A DNA stretch of 51,720 nucleotides from Octopus bimaculoides (taxonomy: Eukaryota), in assembly GCF_001194135.2 (NCBI RefSeq), contig NC_068999.1, positions 37,247,536 through 37,299,255 of the forward strand. Reading direction: 5' to 3'. Below the pieces are notes generated by a model. That model had not been told where the DNA came from and did no database searches. It worked only from the letters and a program-made list of their open reading frames with translations. How positions within the stretch are numbered: position 1 is the stretch's first letter; each line of letters begins with the position of its first letter. Positions 10,946 to 22,951 of the stretch are shown in pieces. Position numbers and translations under genes: made by a program.

Positions 10946-13900
10946 CGTACGTTCGTTCATTCTTTCGTCCGGTCGTTCGTTCGTTCGTTCTTTCCCTCGT
11001 TCGTTCTTTCGTTCGTTCGTTTGTGCGAGCGGACGTACGTACTTTCTTTCGATATTTCGTGCCTACGTAAATAAGTGCGTATGTATGTTCGTTCGTTCCT
11101 TCTTTCGTTCGTCCGATCGTTCGTACGTACGTACGTAAGTATGTTCGTTCGTTCGATCGTTCATTTTGCGTTCGTTCGTTCGCACGTACGTACGTTTGTT
11201 CGTTAATTGTTTCGTTCGATCGTTCCTTCGTTCTTTCGTTCGTTCATATGAACCTACGAACCTACGTTCGTACGTACGTACATTCGTTGTTTCATTAATT
11301 CGTTCGTTCTTTCCTACGCACGTATGTACGTACGTTCGTTCGTACATTCGTTCGTTCAATCGTTTTTACGTACGTACGTAAGTACGTTCGTTCGTTCGTT
11401 CTTTTGTTCGTTCGTTCCTTCCTGCAAATGCTCGTTCATTCGCACGTACGTACGCACCTTCGTTTGTTCCTTTGTTCATTCGTACCTACGTTCGTTCCTT
11501 CATTCGTATGTATGTACCTACATTTTTTCGTTAATTCGTTCGGTCTTTCGATCATTTCTTAATTCTTTCGTTCGTTCGTTCGTCCGTACGTTCGGTCGTA
11601 CGTACTTTCGTACGTTCGTTCATTCGCTGGTTCGTACGTACATAAGGACGTACGTTCGTACGTTCGTACGTTCGTTCGTTCTTAGGTACGAACTTACGTT
11701 CGTCCGTTCGTTCGTTCGTACGTACGTACGTTCGTTTTTTCGATCGTTCGTTCGTTCGTTCTTTCTTTCTTTCGTTCGTTCGTTCGTTCGTTTCGTTCGC
11801 TCGTTCATTCTTTCGTTCGTACGTACGTACTTACGTTCGTTCTTTCGTTCTTTCGATCGTTCGTTCGTTTGTTCGTTCGTTCTTTCGTTCGTTCGTTCGT
11901 TCGTTCGTACGTACGTATTTACGTACTCACGTTCGCATTTATGTACTTACGTACGTTCGTTCATTCCTTCGTACGTACGTACGTTCGTTCTTTCGTTCGT
12001 TCGTTTGTTCGTTCGTTCTTTCGTTCGTTCGTTCGTTCGATCGTTCCTTCGTTCGTACGTACTTATGTAGTTACGTACGTTCTTTCGTTCGTTCGTTCGC
12101 TCGTACGTAGGCACGTACGTTCGTTCGTTCGTTCGTTTCGCTCGTTCGTTCGTTCGTAAGTACGTTCGTTCGTTCTTTCGTTCGTTCGTTCTTTCGTTGG
12201 TGCGATCATTCTTTCTTTCTTTCGTTCGTTCGTTCGTTCGTACGTACTTACGTACGTACGTTCGATCGTTTGTTCTTTCGTTCGTTTGTTCGTTCTTTCA
12301 TTCGAACATACATATGCTCATTCGTTTGTTAATTCATTCGTTCGTTTGTTCGTTCGTTCATTCGTTCGTTGGTTATCACGATCGTTCGTTCCATTATTCG
12401 TTCGTTCCATTATTCGTTCGTTCCATTATTCGTTCGTTCCTTCGTTTGTTCGTAGGACGTACGTTCTTCCATTCGTTCATTCGATCATTCCTTTGTACGT
12501 ACTCACGTACGTACGTTCGATCGTTCGTTCTTACGTGCGTGTATTCATTTTTTCTTTCGTTCGTTCTTTCTTTCGTTCTTATGTGCGTACTACTTACGTA
12601 CGTACTACTTACGTACGTACTACTTAATTACGTACGTACTACTTAATTACGTACGTTCGTTCTTTCGTTCGTTCGTTCGTACGTACGTACGTTCTTACGT
12701 ATCTAGGTTCGTTCTCTCGTTCGTTATTTCGTTATTTCGTTCTCTTATTTCGTCCTTTAGTTCATTCTTTGGTTCGTTCCTTCGCCTGGAAGTACGTACA
12801 TACAAACTATCATTCCTTTGATCGGTCATTCGTGCATTCGTTCGTACATTTGTTCGTTCGGTCATTCGTTCGTTCGTTTGTTCAATAGGACGTACGTACT
12901 TTCTTTCGATATTTCGTGCCTACGTAAATAAGTGCGTACGTATGTTCGTTCGTTCGTTCGTCCGAACGCTCGTACGTACGTACGTAAGTATGTTCGTTCG
13001 TTTGATCGTTCGTTTTTCGTTCGTTCGTACGTACATACGTTCGTTAGTTTATTCATTCGTTCATATTTCCGTACGTACATATGTACATCCGTTCGTTCGT
13101 ACGTACTAACGTACCTTCAAACTTTCGTTCGTCGTTCGTTCGTTCTTTCATTCTTACGTACGTAAGTAGTTCTTTCATTCGGTCGTTCGTCCGTTCGTTC
13201 GTTAATTCTTTCGTTCGATCGTCCGTTCGTTCGTTCATTCATACGAACCTACGTACGTACGTCCATTCTTTTATTCGTTCGTTCGTACGTACTTAAGTTC
13301 GTACGTACGTACATTCGTTGTTTCAATAATTCGTTCGTTTGTTTGTTCGTTCGTTCTTTCCTACGCACGTATGTACATACATATGTTCGTTCGTTCGTTC
13401 GTACAATCTTTCGTTCACTCGTTCGTTCATTCGTTCGTTCTTTTGTTCGTTCGTTTGTTCATTCGTTCGTTCCTTCGTTCGTTCCTTCGTGCAATCGCTC
13501 GTTCATTCGTACGTACGCACGCACGTACGTACCTTCGTTCGTTCGTTTGTTCAGTAGTACGTACGTTCGTTCCTTCATATGTACGTACCTTCATTTTTTC
13601 GTTCATTCGTTGGTTCGTTGGATCGTACGTACAAAAGTACGTACAAAAGTACGTAGGTTCGTTCGATCGTCGTTCAGTCATTCGTTCGTTCGTTTGTTCG
13701 TTCGTCGTTCGTAGGTACGGATTTACGTTTGTCCGCTCGTTCGTTCGTACGTACGTACGTTCGTTTCGTTCACTCGTTCATTCGTTCGTTCAGACGTACC
13801 TACGTACATACGTTCGTTCTTTCGTTCGTTCGATCGTTCGTTCGTTTGTTCATTCGTTCATTCGTTCGTACGTTCGTTCGTTTGTTCAATCGGACATACG

Positions 13901-16900
13901 TACTTTCTTTCGATATTTCGTGCCTACGTAAATAAGTGCGTACGTATGTTCGTTCGTTCGTCCGAACGCTCTTACGTACGTACGTAAGTATGTTCGTTCG
14001 GTTTTCGTTCGTTCGGACGTACATGCGTTCGTTAGTTTATTCATTCGTTCGTATTTCCGTACGTACATACGTACGTCCGTTCGTTCGTACGTACGTACGT
14101 ACGTACGTACGTTCGTTCGTCTGTTCGTTCGTTCGTTCGTACATACGAACATACGTACGTACGTCCATTCCTTTATTCGTTCCTTCGTACGTACTTAAGT
14201 TCGTACGTACGTACATTCGTTGTTTCAATAATTCGTTCGTTTGTTTGTTCGTTCGTTCTTTCCTACGCACGTATGTACATACATACGTTCGTTCGTTCGT
14301 TCGTACAATCTTTCGTTCAATCGTTCGTTCATTCGTTCGTTCTTTTGTTCGTTCGTTTGTTCATTCGTTCGTTCCTTCGTTCGTTCCTTCGTGCAATCGC
14401 TCGTTCATTCGTACGTACGCACGCACGTACGTACATTCGTTCGTTCGTTTGTTTGTTCAGTCGTACGTACGTTCGTTCCTGCATATGTACGTACCTTCAT
14501 TTTTTTCGTTCATTCGTTGTTTCGTTGGTTCGTACGTACAAAAGTACGTAGGTTCGTTCGTTCGTTCGTTCATTCATTCGTTCGTTCGTTTGTTCGTTCG
14601 TCGTTCGTAGGTACGAATTTACGTTTGTCCGTTCGTTCGTTCGTACATACGTACGTACGTTCGTTTCGTTCACTCTTTCGTTCGGACGTACCTACGTACA
14701 TACGTTCGTTCTTTCGTTCGTTCTTTCGTTCGTTCGATCGTTCGTTCGTTCGTTTGTTCATTCGTTCTTTCGTTTGTTCGTTCTTTCTTTCGTTCATTCG
14801 TTCGTTCGATCGTTCGTTCGTACGTACGTATTTACGTTCTTACGTGCGTATTTACAAACTTACGTACGTTCATTCATTCCTTCGTACGTACGTACATTCG
14901 TTGTTTCAATAATTCATTCGTTTGTTCGTTCGTTCTTTCCTACGCCCGTATGTACATACATACGTTCGTTCGTTCGTTCTTACATTCGTTCGTTCCGTCG
15001 TCCAATCGCTCGTTTATTCGTACGTACGCACGCACGTACATACCTTCGTTCATTCGTTCGTTCGGTCGTTCATTCGTACGTACGTATTTACGTACTTACG
15101 TGCGTATTTACAAACTTACGTACGTTCATTCATTCCTTCGTACGTACGTACGTTCGTTCTTTCGTTCATTCGTTCGTACGTATGTACCTACCTACGTACT
15201 TATGTACTCACGTAAGTACGTATGATCATTCTTTCGTTCGTTTGTTTGTTTGTTTCGGACGTTCGTTCGTTCGTTCGTTCGTACGTACGTTCGTTCGTTC
15301 TTTAGCATCGTTCGTTCGTCCGTATGTACGTACGTACAATCTTTCGTTCGTTCATTTGTTCTTTCGTTCGTTCGTTCTTTTGTTTTTATGTACATACTAC
15401 TTACGTACGTACTACTTAAATACGTACGTTCTTACGTACCTAGCTTCGTTATTTCGTTCGTTCGTTCGTCCGTAGGTACGAACTTACGTTCGTCTGTTCG
15501 TACATACGTACGTTCGTACGTACGTACGTTCGTTTTTTCGATCGTTCGATAGTCCTTTCGTTCGTTTGTTCGTTCGTTCGTTCGTACGTACGCACGTTCG
15601 TTCGTTCATTCGTTCATTTCGTTCACTCGTTCATTCTTTCGTTCGTACGTACTTACGTACATACGTTCGTTCGATCGTTCGTTCGCTTGTTCGTTCGTTC
15701 GTTCGTACTTACGTTCGTTCGTTCATTCTTTCGTTCGTACGTACGTACGTACATACGTTCGTTCTTTCGTTCGTTCGCTTGTTTACTCGTTCTTTCGTTC
15801 GTTCGCTTGTTTACTCGTTCTTTCGTTCGTTCGTACGTACATACGTTCATTCGTTCGTTCGATCGTTCGTACGTACGTACATACGTTCGTTCGACCGTTC
15901 GTTCGTTCGTACGTAAGTACCTTCGTTCGTTCGTTCGTTTCTTCGTTCGTTTGTACGTACATTCCTTAGTTCGTTGGTACGTACGTACGTTTGTTCGTTA
16001 ATTCTTTTGTTCGATCGTCCGTCGGTTCGTTTGTTCGTTCATACGAACCTACGTACGTACGTCCATTCTTTTATTCGTTCGTTCGTACGTACGTACATTC
16101 GTTGTTTCAATAATTCTTTCGTTTGTTTGTTCGTTCGTTCGTGCAATCGCTCGTTCATTCGTACGTACGCACGCACGTAGTACCTTTGTTCGTTCGTTTG
16201 TTCATTCGTACGTACGTTCGTTCCTTCATTCGTATGTACGTACCTACATTTTTTCGTTAATTCCTTCGTTCTTTCGTTCATTTGCTAATTCTTTCGTTCG
16301 TTGGTTCGTACGTACTTTCGTTAATTTGTTGGTTCGTTGGTTCGTACGTACAAAAGTACGTAGGTTCGTTCGTTCGTTCGTTCGTTCGTTTGTGCATTCG
16401 TTCGTTTGTAGGTACGAACTTACGTTCGTCCGTTCTTTCGTTCGTACGTACGTACGTTCGTTTTTTCGATCGATTGATAGTTCATTCGTTCGTTCGTTCT
16501 TTTGTTCTTTCGTTTGTTTTTTTTTGTTTCGGACATTCTTTCATTCGTTCGTACATACGTTCGTTCATTCGTATGTACATACGTTCAATCGTTCGTTCGT
16601 TGTTTCGTTCGTAAGTGCGTACGTTCGTTCGTTCCTTTCTTCGTTCGTTTGTACGTACATTCCTTAGTTCGTTGGTACGTACGTACATTCGTCGTTTCAA
16701 TAATTCGTTCGTTTGTTTGTTCGTTCGTTCTTTCCTACCCACGTATGTACATACATACGTTCGTTCGTTCGTACATTCGTTCGTTCAATCGTTCGTTCAT
16801 TCTTTCGTTCTTTTGTTCGTTCGTTCGTTCATTCCTTCGTTCCTTCGTTCGTGCAATCGCTCGTTCATTCTTACGTACGTTCGTTCCTTCATTCGCATGT

Positions 16901-19894
16901 ACGTACCTACATTTTTTCGTTAATTCGTTCGTTGTTTCGTTCATTTGCTAATTCTTTCGTTCGTTCGTTCGTACGTACTTTCGTTCATTTGTTGGTTCGA
17001 TGGTTCGTACGTACAATAGTACGTACAAAAGTACGTAGGTTCGTTCGTTCGTTTATTCGTTTGTTAATTCGTTCGTTCGTTTTTCCGATCGTTCGATAGT
17101 TCGTTCGTTCGTTCGTTCGTTCCTTCTTTCGTTCGGACGTACATACGTTCGTTCTTTCGTTTGTTCGATCGTTCTTTCGTTTGTTCATTCGTTCTTTCTT
17201 TCGTTTACTCGTTCCTTCGATCGTTCATTCGTACGTACGTATTTACGTACTTACGTGCGTATTTACAAACTTACGTACGTTCATTCATTCCTTCGTACGT
17301 ACGTATGTTCGTTCTTTCGTTCATTCGTTCGTACGTATGTACCTACCTACGTACTTATGTACTGACGTAAGTACGTATGATCATTCTTTCGTTCGTTTGT
17401 TTGTTTGTTTCGGACGTTCGTTCGTTCTTTAGCATTGTTCGTTCGTTCGTATGTACGTACGTACAATCTTTCGTTCGTTTGTTCGTTCGTTCTTATGTAC
17501 GTACTACTTACGTACGTACTACTTAAATACGTACGTTCGTTCGTACGTATGTACGTTCTTACGTACCTAGCTTCGTTCTTTTGTTCGTTTGTTCGTTCGT
17601 TCCTAGGTACGAACTTACGTTCGTTTTTTCGATCGTTCGATAGTTCTTTCGTAGGTACGCACGTTCGTTCGTTCATTCGTTCGTTTCGTTCACTCTTTCG
17701 TTCGTACGTACGTACGTACATACGTTCGTTCGCTTGTTCGTTCGTTCTTTCTTTCGTTTACTCGTTCCTTCGATCGTTCGTTCGTACGTACGTATTTACG
17801 TACTTACGTGCGTATTTACAAACTTACGTACGTTCATTCATTCATTCCTTCGTACGTACGTACGTTCGTTCTTCTGTTCGTACGTATGTACCTACCTACG
17901 TACTTATGTACTCACGTAAGTACGTATGATCATTCTTTCGTTCGTTTGTTCATTCGATCGTTCGTTCTTTCGTTCTTATGTACGTACTACTTACGTACGT
18001 ACTACTTAAATACGTACGTTCGTTCGTACGTATGTACGTTCTTACGTACCTAGCTTCGTTCTTTCGTTCGTTATTTCATTCGTTCGTTTGTACGTTCGTT
18101 CGCTCGTTGTTTCGTTCGTACGTAAGTACGTTTCTTCATTCGTTTGTACGTACATTTAGTTCGTTGGTACGTATGTACGTTTGTTCGTTAATTCTTTCGT
18201 TCTATCGTCCGTTCGTTCGTTCGTTCGTTCATACAAACCTACGTACGTACGTCCATTCTTTTGTTCGTTCATTCCTTCGTGCAATCATTCTTTCTTTCTT
18301 TCGTTCGTTCTTACGTTCGGACGTATGTACGGAAGTTTGTTCTTTCGTTCGTACTTTAGTTTATTCGTTCCTTCGTTCATTTAAAAGTACGGACGTATGA
18401 ACCTACGTTCCTTCGTCCGTTCGTTCGTACGTACGTTCGTTCGTTCGTTTGTTCGTTCTTTCGTCAATGCATACGTACATTCGTTCGTTCGTTGGTTCGT
18501 ACGTACGCACGTTCGTTCATTCGTTCGTTTCGTTCACTCGTTCATTTTTTCGTTCGTACATACGTTCGTTCTTTCGTTTATTCGTTCCTTCGATCGTTCG
18601 TTTGTACGTACGTATTTACGTACTTACGTGCGTATTTACAAACTTACTTGCGTTCCTTTATTCCTTCGTACGTACGTTCGTTCTTTCGTTTGTACCTATG
18701 TACGTACCTACATACTTATATACTTACGTAAGTATGTACGTTCATTCTTTTGTTCGATTGTTCATTCGTTCGTTCGTTCGTTTTTTTGTTTCGGACGTTC
18801 GTTCGTATGTACATACGTACAATCCTTCGTTCGTACGTACGTTCGTTCGTTCGTACGTAAGTACGTTCGTTCGTTTGTACATACATTCCTTAGTTCGTTG
18901 GTACGTACGTATGTTTGTTCGTTAATTCTTTCGTTCGATCGTCCGTCGGTTCGTTCGTTCATACGAACCTACGTACGTACGTCCATTCTTTTGTTCGTTC
19001 GTTCGTTCGTTCATTCCTTCGTGCAATCGTTCTTTCTTTCTTTCGTTCGTTCTTACGTTCGGACGTATGTACGTAAGTTTGTTCTTTCGTTCGTACTTTA
19101 GTTTATTCGTTCCTTCGTTCATTTAAAAGTACGGACGTATGAACCTACGTTCCTTCGTTCGTTCTCTCTTTCGTAGGTACGTATGTACGTTCATACCTAC
19201 TTATATACTTACGTACGTACTTATGTACGTTCATTCGTACTTTCGTTCGTTCGTTCGTAGAAACGTCCGTCCGTTTGTTCTTCCGTTCGTGTTTGTTTAT
19301 TTCGTTCGTTCGTTTGTTCCTTCGTTCGTTAGTATCGTTCGTTCGTTCGTATGTACTATCGTTCGTATGTACGCACGTAGGTTCGTTCGTTCTTTCTTTC
19401 GTAGGTACGTACGTACGCACTTACGTTCATTCTTTCGTACGTATGTACGTACCTACGTACTTATGTACTTACGTTTATTCTTTCGTTCATTTGTTCATTC
19501 GCTCTTTCGTTCGTTCGTAAGTTCGCTCGCTCGCTCGTTCGTACGTACGTTCGTTCTTTAGTATCGTTCGTTCGTTCGTATGTACGTACGTACATTCGTT
19601 CGTTCGTAAGTACGTGCGTTCTTTCGTTCGTTTTCTTTTGTTCTTTCGTTCGATCGTTCGTACGTACTTACATACGTACGTACGTTCATTCTTTCTTTCG
19701 ATCGTATTCTCGTACGTACGTACGTTCGTTCGCATGTTCTTACGTACATACGTTCATTCGTACGTACGTACTTTCGTTCCTTCGTTCATTTGTTCTTTCG
19801 TTCGTTTCTTCGTAGGTACGTACGTTCGTTCGGACGTACGTACGTTTGTTCGTTCGTTCATTCGTTCGTTCCTTTGTTTGCAGGTACGTACATG

Positions 19895-20375
19895 CGTACG
19901 AACGTACGAACAAACGAATGAATGAATGAACTTATGTACATATGTACGAACGAACGATCGAATGCTAGGCTCGCTGTTGCGGCGGCGGGCAGAGAATTAT
20001 GTTGTGGAGCTTATTTTTGTCGCCATTGTTTCGTGTTTACATGTTCAGGTTTGTTGTTTCGGCCGCAAGTACGTACTTATGGCAGCAGCGACGCACATAC
20101 TACCGCAGTTTCGTATAAACGGGCATCGGCTGGTATTTACGGCTTGGAATTTGTAGTTGCGGCTTTGTGTACGTTTTTGAGGCGCTAGTACGTACGTACC
20201 TACGTACGTATGAACGATCGAACGTACGTAAGTATGAACGAACGAACGATCGAATGAACATACGTAAGAACGACCGGACGAACGAACGAAAGAACGAACT
20301 TACTTACGTACGTATGAACGATCGAACGAACTAACGAAGGAACGAAGGAACGAACGTACGTACACACGAACGAAT
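19895..20375. repeat. Inverted (CGAA)n tracts (19895-19963, 20189-20375) flanking copy 3 of the 219-bp unit (19964-20188)
   Basis: A-rich reverse-complement satellite lies on both sides of a full unit running gctaggctcgctgttgcggcggcgggcagagaatt...ggcgctag. Confidence 0.9.
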
Positions 20376-20767
20376 GCACGCTGTTGCCTCGTCGGGTACA
20401 GATTTATGTTCTGGAGCTTATTTTGTCGGCATTGTTTCGTACTTACGTGTTCAAGTTTGTTGTTTTAGCCGCAAGTACGTACTTATAGCAACAGCGACAC
20501 ACATACTGCCGCAGTTTTGTATAAACGCGCATCGGCTGGTATTTACGGCTGGGAATACGTAGTTGCGGCTTTGGGGACGTTTTTGCGGCGCTAAGCAAGC
20601 TATTGCGTCGGCGGGTACAGATTTACGTTCTGGAGCTTATTTTTGTCGCCATTGTTTCGTATTCAAGTGTTCAGGTTTGTTGTTTCAGCCGTAAGTACGT
20701 ACTTATAGCTGCTGCGACGCACATACCGCCGCAGTTACATATAAACGGGCATCGGCTGGTATTTACG
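20376..20767. repeat. Copies 4 and 5 of the 219-bp unit (20376-20594; 20595-20767 truncated); right edge of the satellite domain
   Basis: Period 219 bp (ctgttgcctc at 20381 vs ctattgcgtc at 20600). Copy 5 stops at ggtatttacg. Confidence 0.92.
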
Positions 20768-20850
20768 TCACCACAACCACCACCACCACCAGCACTGGTG
20801 GTGGTGCTGCTGGTGGCGGTGCTGCTGTCCAATCACCACCACCACCACGT

Positions 20851-21424
20851 GTGGGACGAGTCGGTGTATCAACCGAGTCTATCGTCAATATCGTCACGCC
20901 TCCATCCTTTAAACGGGAAGGAAGAGCTGTTTTTATCGTACTTGTGGCTATGGCGAAAGAATGTATCTGGTGGTCGTGTCTGAAAGGATTAGAGACAAAC
21001 ACTTTCCTCTCTGGTCAATCTCTCATCAACGTTTTCGAGTATCACTTGAAAAGGAAGTTTAGAGTCGAGGCAAGTGTTGTCTAGTGAATTTTTCCAGAAA
21101 AGATGGGTGAATGTAGCAAGGATGGCACGTAAAAATGACGAAGCCACCTTGAGCATGATCCTATGAAACAGAAAAATTTTAAAGCAATCATTAAATCTAT
21201 TAACATGTAACATTATTGGCCGAGGTTACCGTGGTCTTTTCGTAGGTTTTTCTTTCCATGGATAACCCCCCCCCCCATTTCTTGGGAACTTTTTGTATAT
21301 ATTTATCCTTCTTGTACTTAGCCCAAACGTTTATAAAAACTCTACATTGTATTTGTCCCGTCTGTGTTCAGCCCTGTGTGGCTAATAAAGAAAGTTATCC
21401 ATCTATCTATCTGTCTGTCTATCT
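20851..21424 (+). mobile_element. 5'-truncated L1/Tx1-clade LINE 3' end (ORF2 C-terminus, 3' UTR, polyA signal, (ATCT)n tail)
   Basis: Translates as FIVLVAMAKECIWW...LINVFEYHLKRKFRVE, then after a frameshift SEFFQKRWVNVARMARKNDEATLSMIL* (TGA 21164-21166), resembling Tx1 ORF2 C-termini. AATAAA at 21384-21389, then atctatctatct. Confidence 0.75.
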
Positions 21425-21516
21425 TTCTTTTCCCTAAACAAAGATCCTATTGACAGTGACCTCGACGTTTCGGCCAGGTAAGCCATTGTCGGATTGTGTG
21501 TATATATATATTTATA

Positions 21517-21903
21517 GGCGCAGGAGTGGCTGTGTGGTAGGTAACTTGCCTACTAACCGCATGGTCCCGGGTTCAGTCCCACTGCGTGGTACCATGGGTT
21601 AATGTCTTCTACTATAGCCTCGGGCCGACCAAAGGCTTGTGAGTGGATTTGGTAGACGGAAACTTGAAGACCCCGTTGTATGCGTGTGTGTGTGTGTGTG
21701 TGTCCCACCCAGCATCGCTTGACAACCGATGCTGGTGTGTTTGCGTCCCCGTAACTTAGCGGTTTGGCAAAAGAGACTGATAGAATAAGTACTAAGCTTA
21801 CAAAGCATAAGCTCTGGGGTCTATTTGCTCGACTATAAAGGTGCTGCTCTAGCATGGCTGCAGTCAAATGACTGAAACAAGCAAAAGAATAAAAGAGAAA
21901 GAG
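21517..21903 (+). mobile_element. Full-length tRNA-derived CORE-type SINE (Octopus OR-like family)
   Basis: Head ggcgcaggagtggctgtgtggta (A box), ggttcagtccc (B box), CORE-like tgtcttctactatagcctcgggccgaccaaag, internal (GT)n, A-rich tail gaataaaagag. A second copy lies at 48438-48824. Confidence 0.88.
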
Positions 21904-21953
21904 TATGTATAAATATGTGTGCGTGCGTGTGTATGTATGCATGTGTGTGCGTT

Positions 21954-21994
<41 letters not shown>

Positions 21995-22046
21995 GCATAC
22001 ATACACGCGGACACATATTTATACATATATATATATAACTATATAT
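21904..22046. repeat. Compound (GT)n/(TA)n/(CA)n microsatellite
   Basis: Direct inspection; long (TA)n run at ~21955-21991. Confidence 0.95.
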
Positions 22047-22499
22047 AAGTTCAAAAAAAGGAAAAAGACAAAAAACAATAACAAAAAACAACAACGNNNN
22101 NNNNNNTATATGAAGAGTATTATGATATTATATTTACTGAAGCTGAAGTTGACATCTCTGATCTTTGGACAAATTTTGAAGAACGAAACATAAGAGCTGT
22201 TACTATATATATTGAGTATTACAGGAAACAAAAGAAGAAAGTTTTGATTGGTTATTATTGAAAAAGAAAGCAAATGAACGGCATAATTCGATAGTTGCAG
22301 ATATGCATGGAAATTTACAGTGACAATGGGAAGTGAAAGACATTGAATAAAAGGCCAACCCTATTTAAATATAAATACTAAAAGAACACAAGGGTAATAC
22401 GAAAGAGAAAGAAACTAAATAACAGAAAGAAGAAATCAAATATCTTTGATTAATGACTTTTGCAAAATACCATGTCTCTTTGAGTTGATTGATAAAAAT

Positions 22500-22661
22500 C
22501 TAGAGTTTTGTACGCTTATCGTATAACACGAGAAAACGAAGAAAGAGCGAAGGAGAATGAAAGAGAAAAGAAAGGAGCGAAATGTATAAAAATGAAGAAA
22601 ATAGTAGAAAAGTAAGAAACACGTAAAATAAAGGAGAATAGCAAGTCAGAGAGAGAGAGAT

Positions 22662-22699
<38 letters not shown>

Positions 22700-22830
22700 T
22701 AAATAATACGGTAAAAAGAGAAATGAAAAAAAAGAGAAGAAAAATGGGAAGAAAGTAAGCAAGAGTAAAATAATTATTTAAAGAAAGAAAGAATTTCTGA
22801 GAAAAGAATGTGAAAGAATATATCATTGAC
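22500..22830. repeat. Purine-rich low complexity with (GA)n (~22646-22696)
   Basis: Direct inspection. Confidence 0.9.
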
Positions 22831-22951
22831 TTTTACAACCTTAAAATGATATGGCGGCTCTGTTGCTTTGAAGAAAAAAAAAACGGAATATAATATCTTG
22901 CCCCGTGCAAACAAGTATAAAAAAATCCGATCTTGAATTCAAGCAATACAG

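Larger units (their letters stand above)
1..19894 (+). repeat. Degenerate CpG-rich tetranucleotide satellite (TTCG)n interleaved with (TACG)n, T-rich on + strand, with higher-order repeat structure
   Basis: Directly visible 4-bp periodicity (ttcg/tacg with variants tttg, ttca, ttct, tatg, taca) from base 1 to ~19894. Interrupted by N gaps (1167-1441, 2662-2953, 3870-3941, 4512-4528, 5208-5425) and by the complex units at 7244-7624. Confidence 0.97.

Noticed and set aside
1-19894. UUCG tetraloop, HIF/bZIP (ACGT) or immunostimulatory CpG motif arrays
   Set aside because: These motifs follow trivially from the monomer sequence; the C(UUCG)G closing context is rare and there is no independent evidence of function.
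37-20562. More than 150 long ORFs (RSFV/RTYV on +, RTNE on -, YVLLT repeats)
   Set aside because: A 4-bp period without stop codons gives the same tetrapeptide in every frame. There is no compositional or domain signal, so these are artefacts of the satellite.
22107-22260. Possible Tx1 ORF1-like fragment (YEEYYDIIF...KVLIGY)
   Set aside because: Resemblance is too vague to support without a search; adjacent to an N gap.
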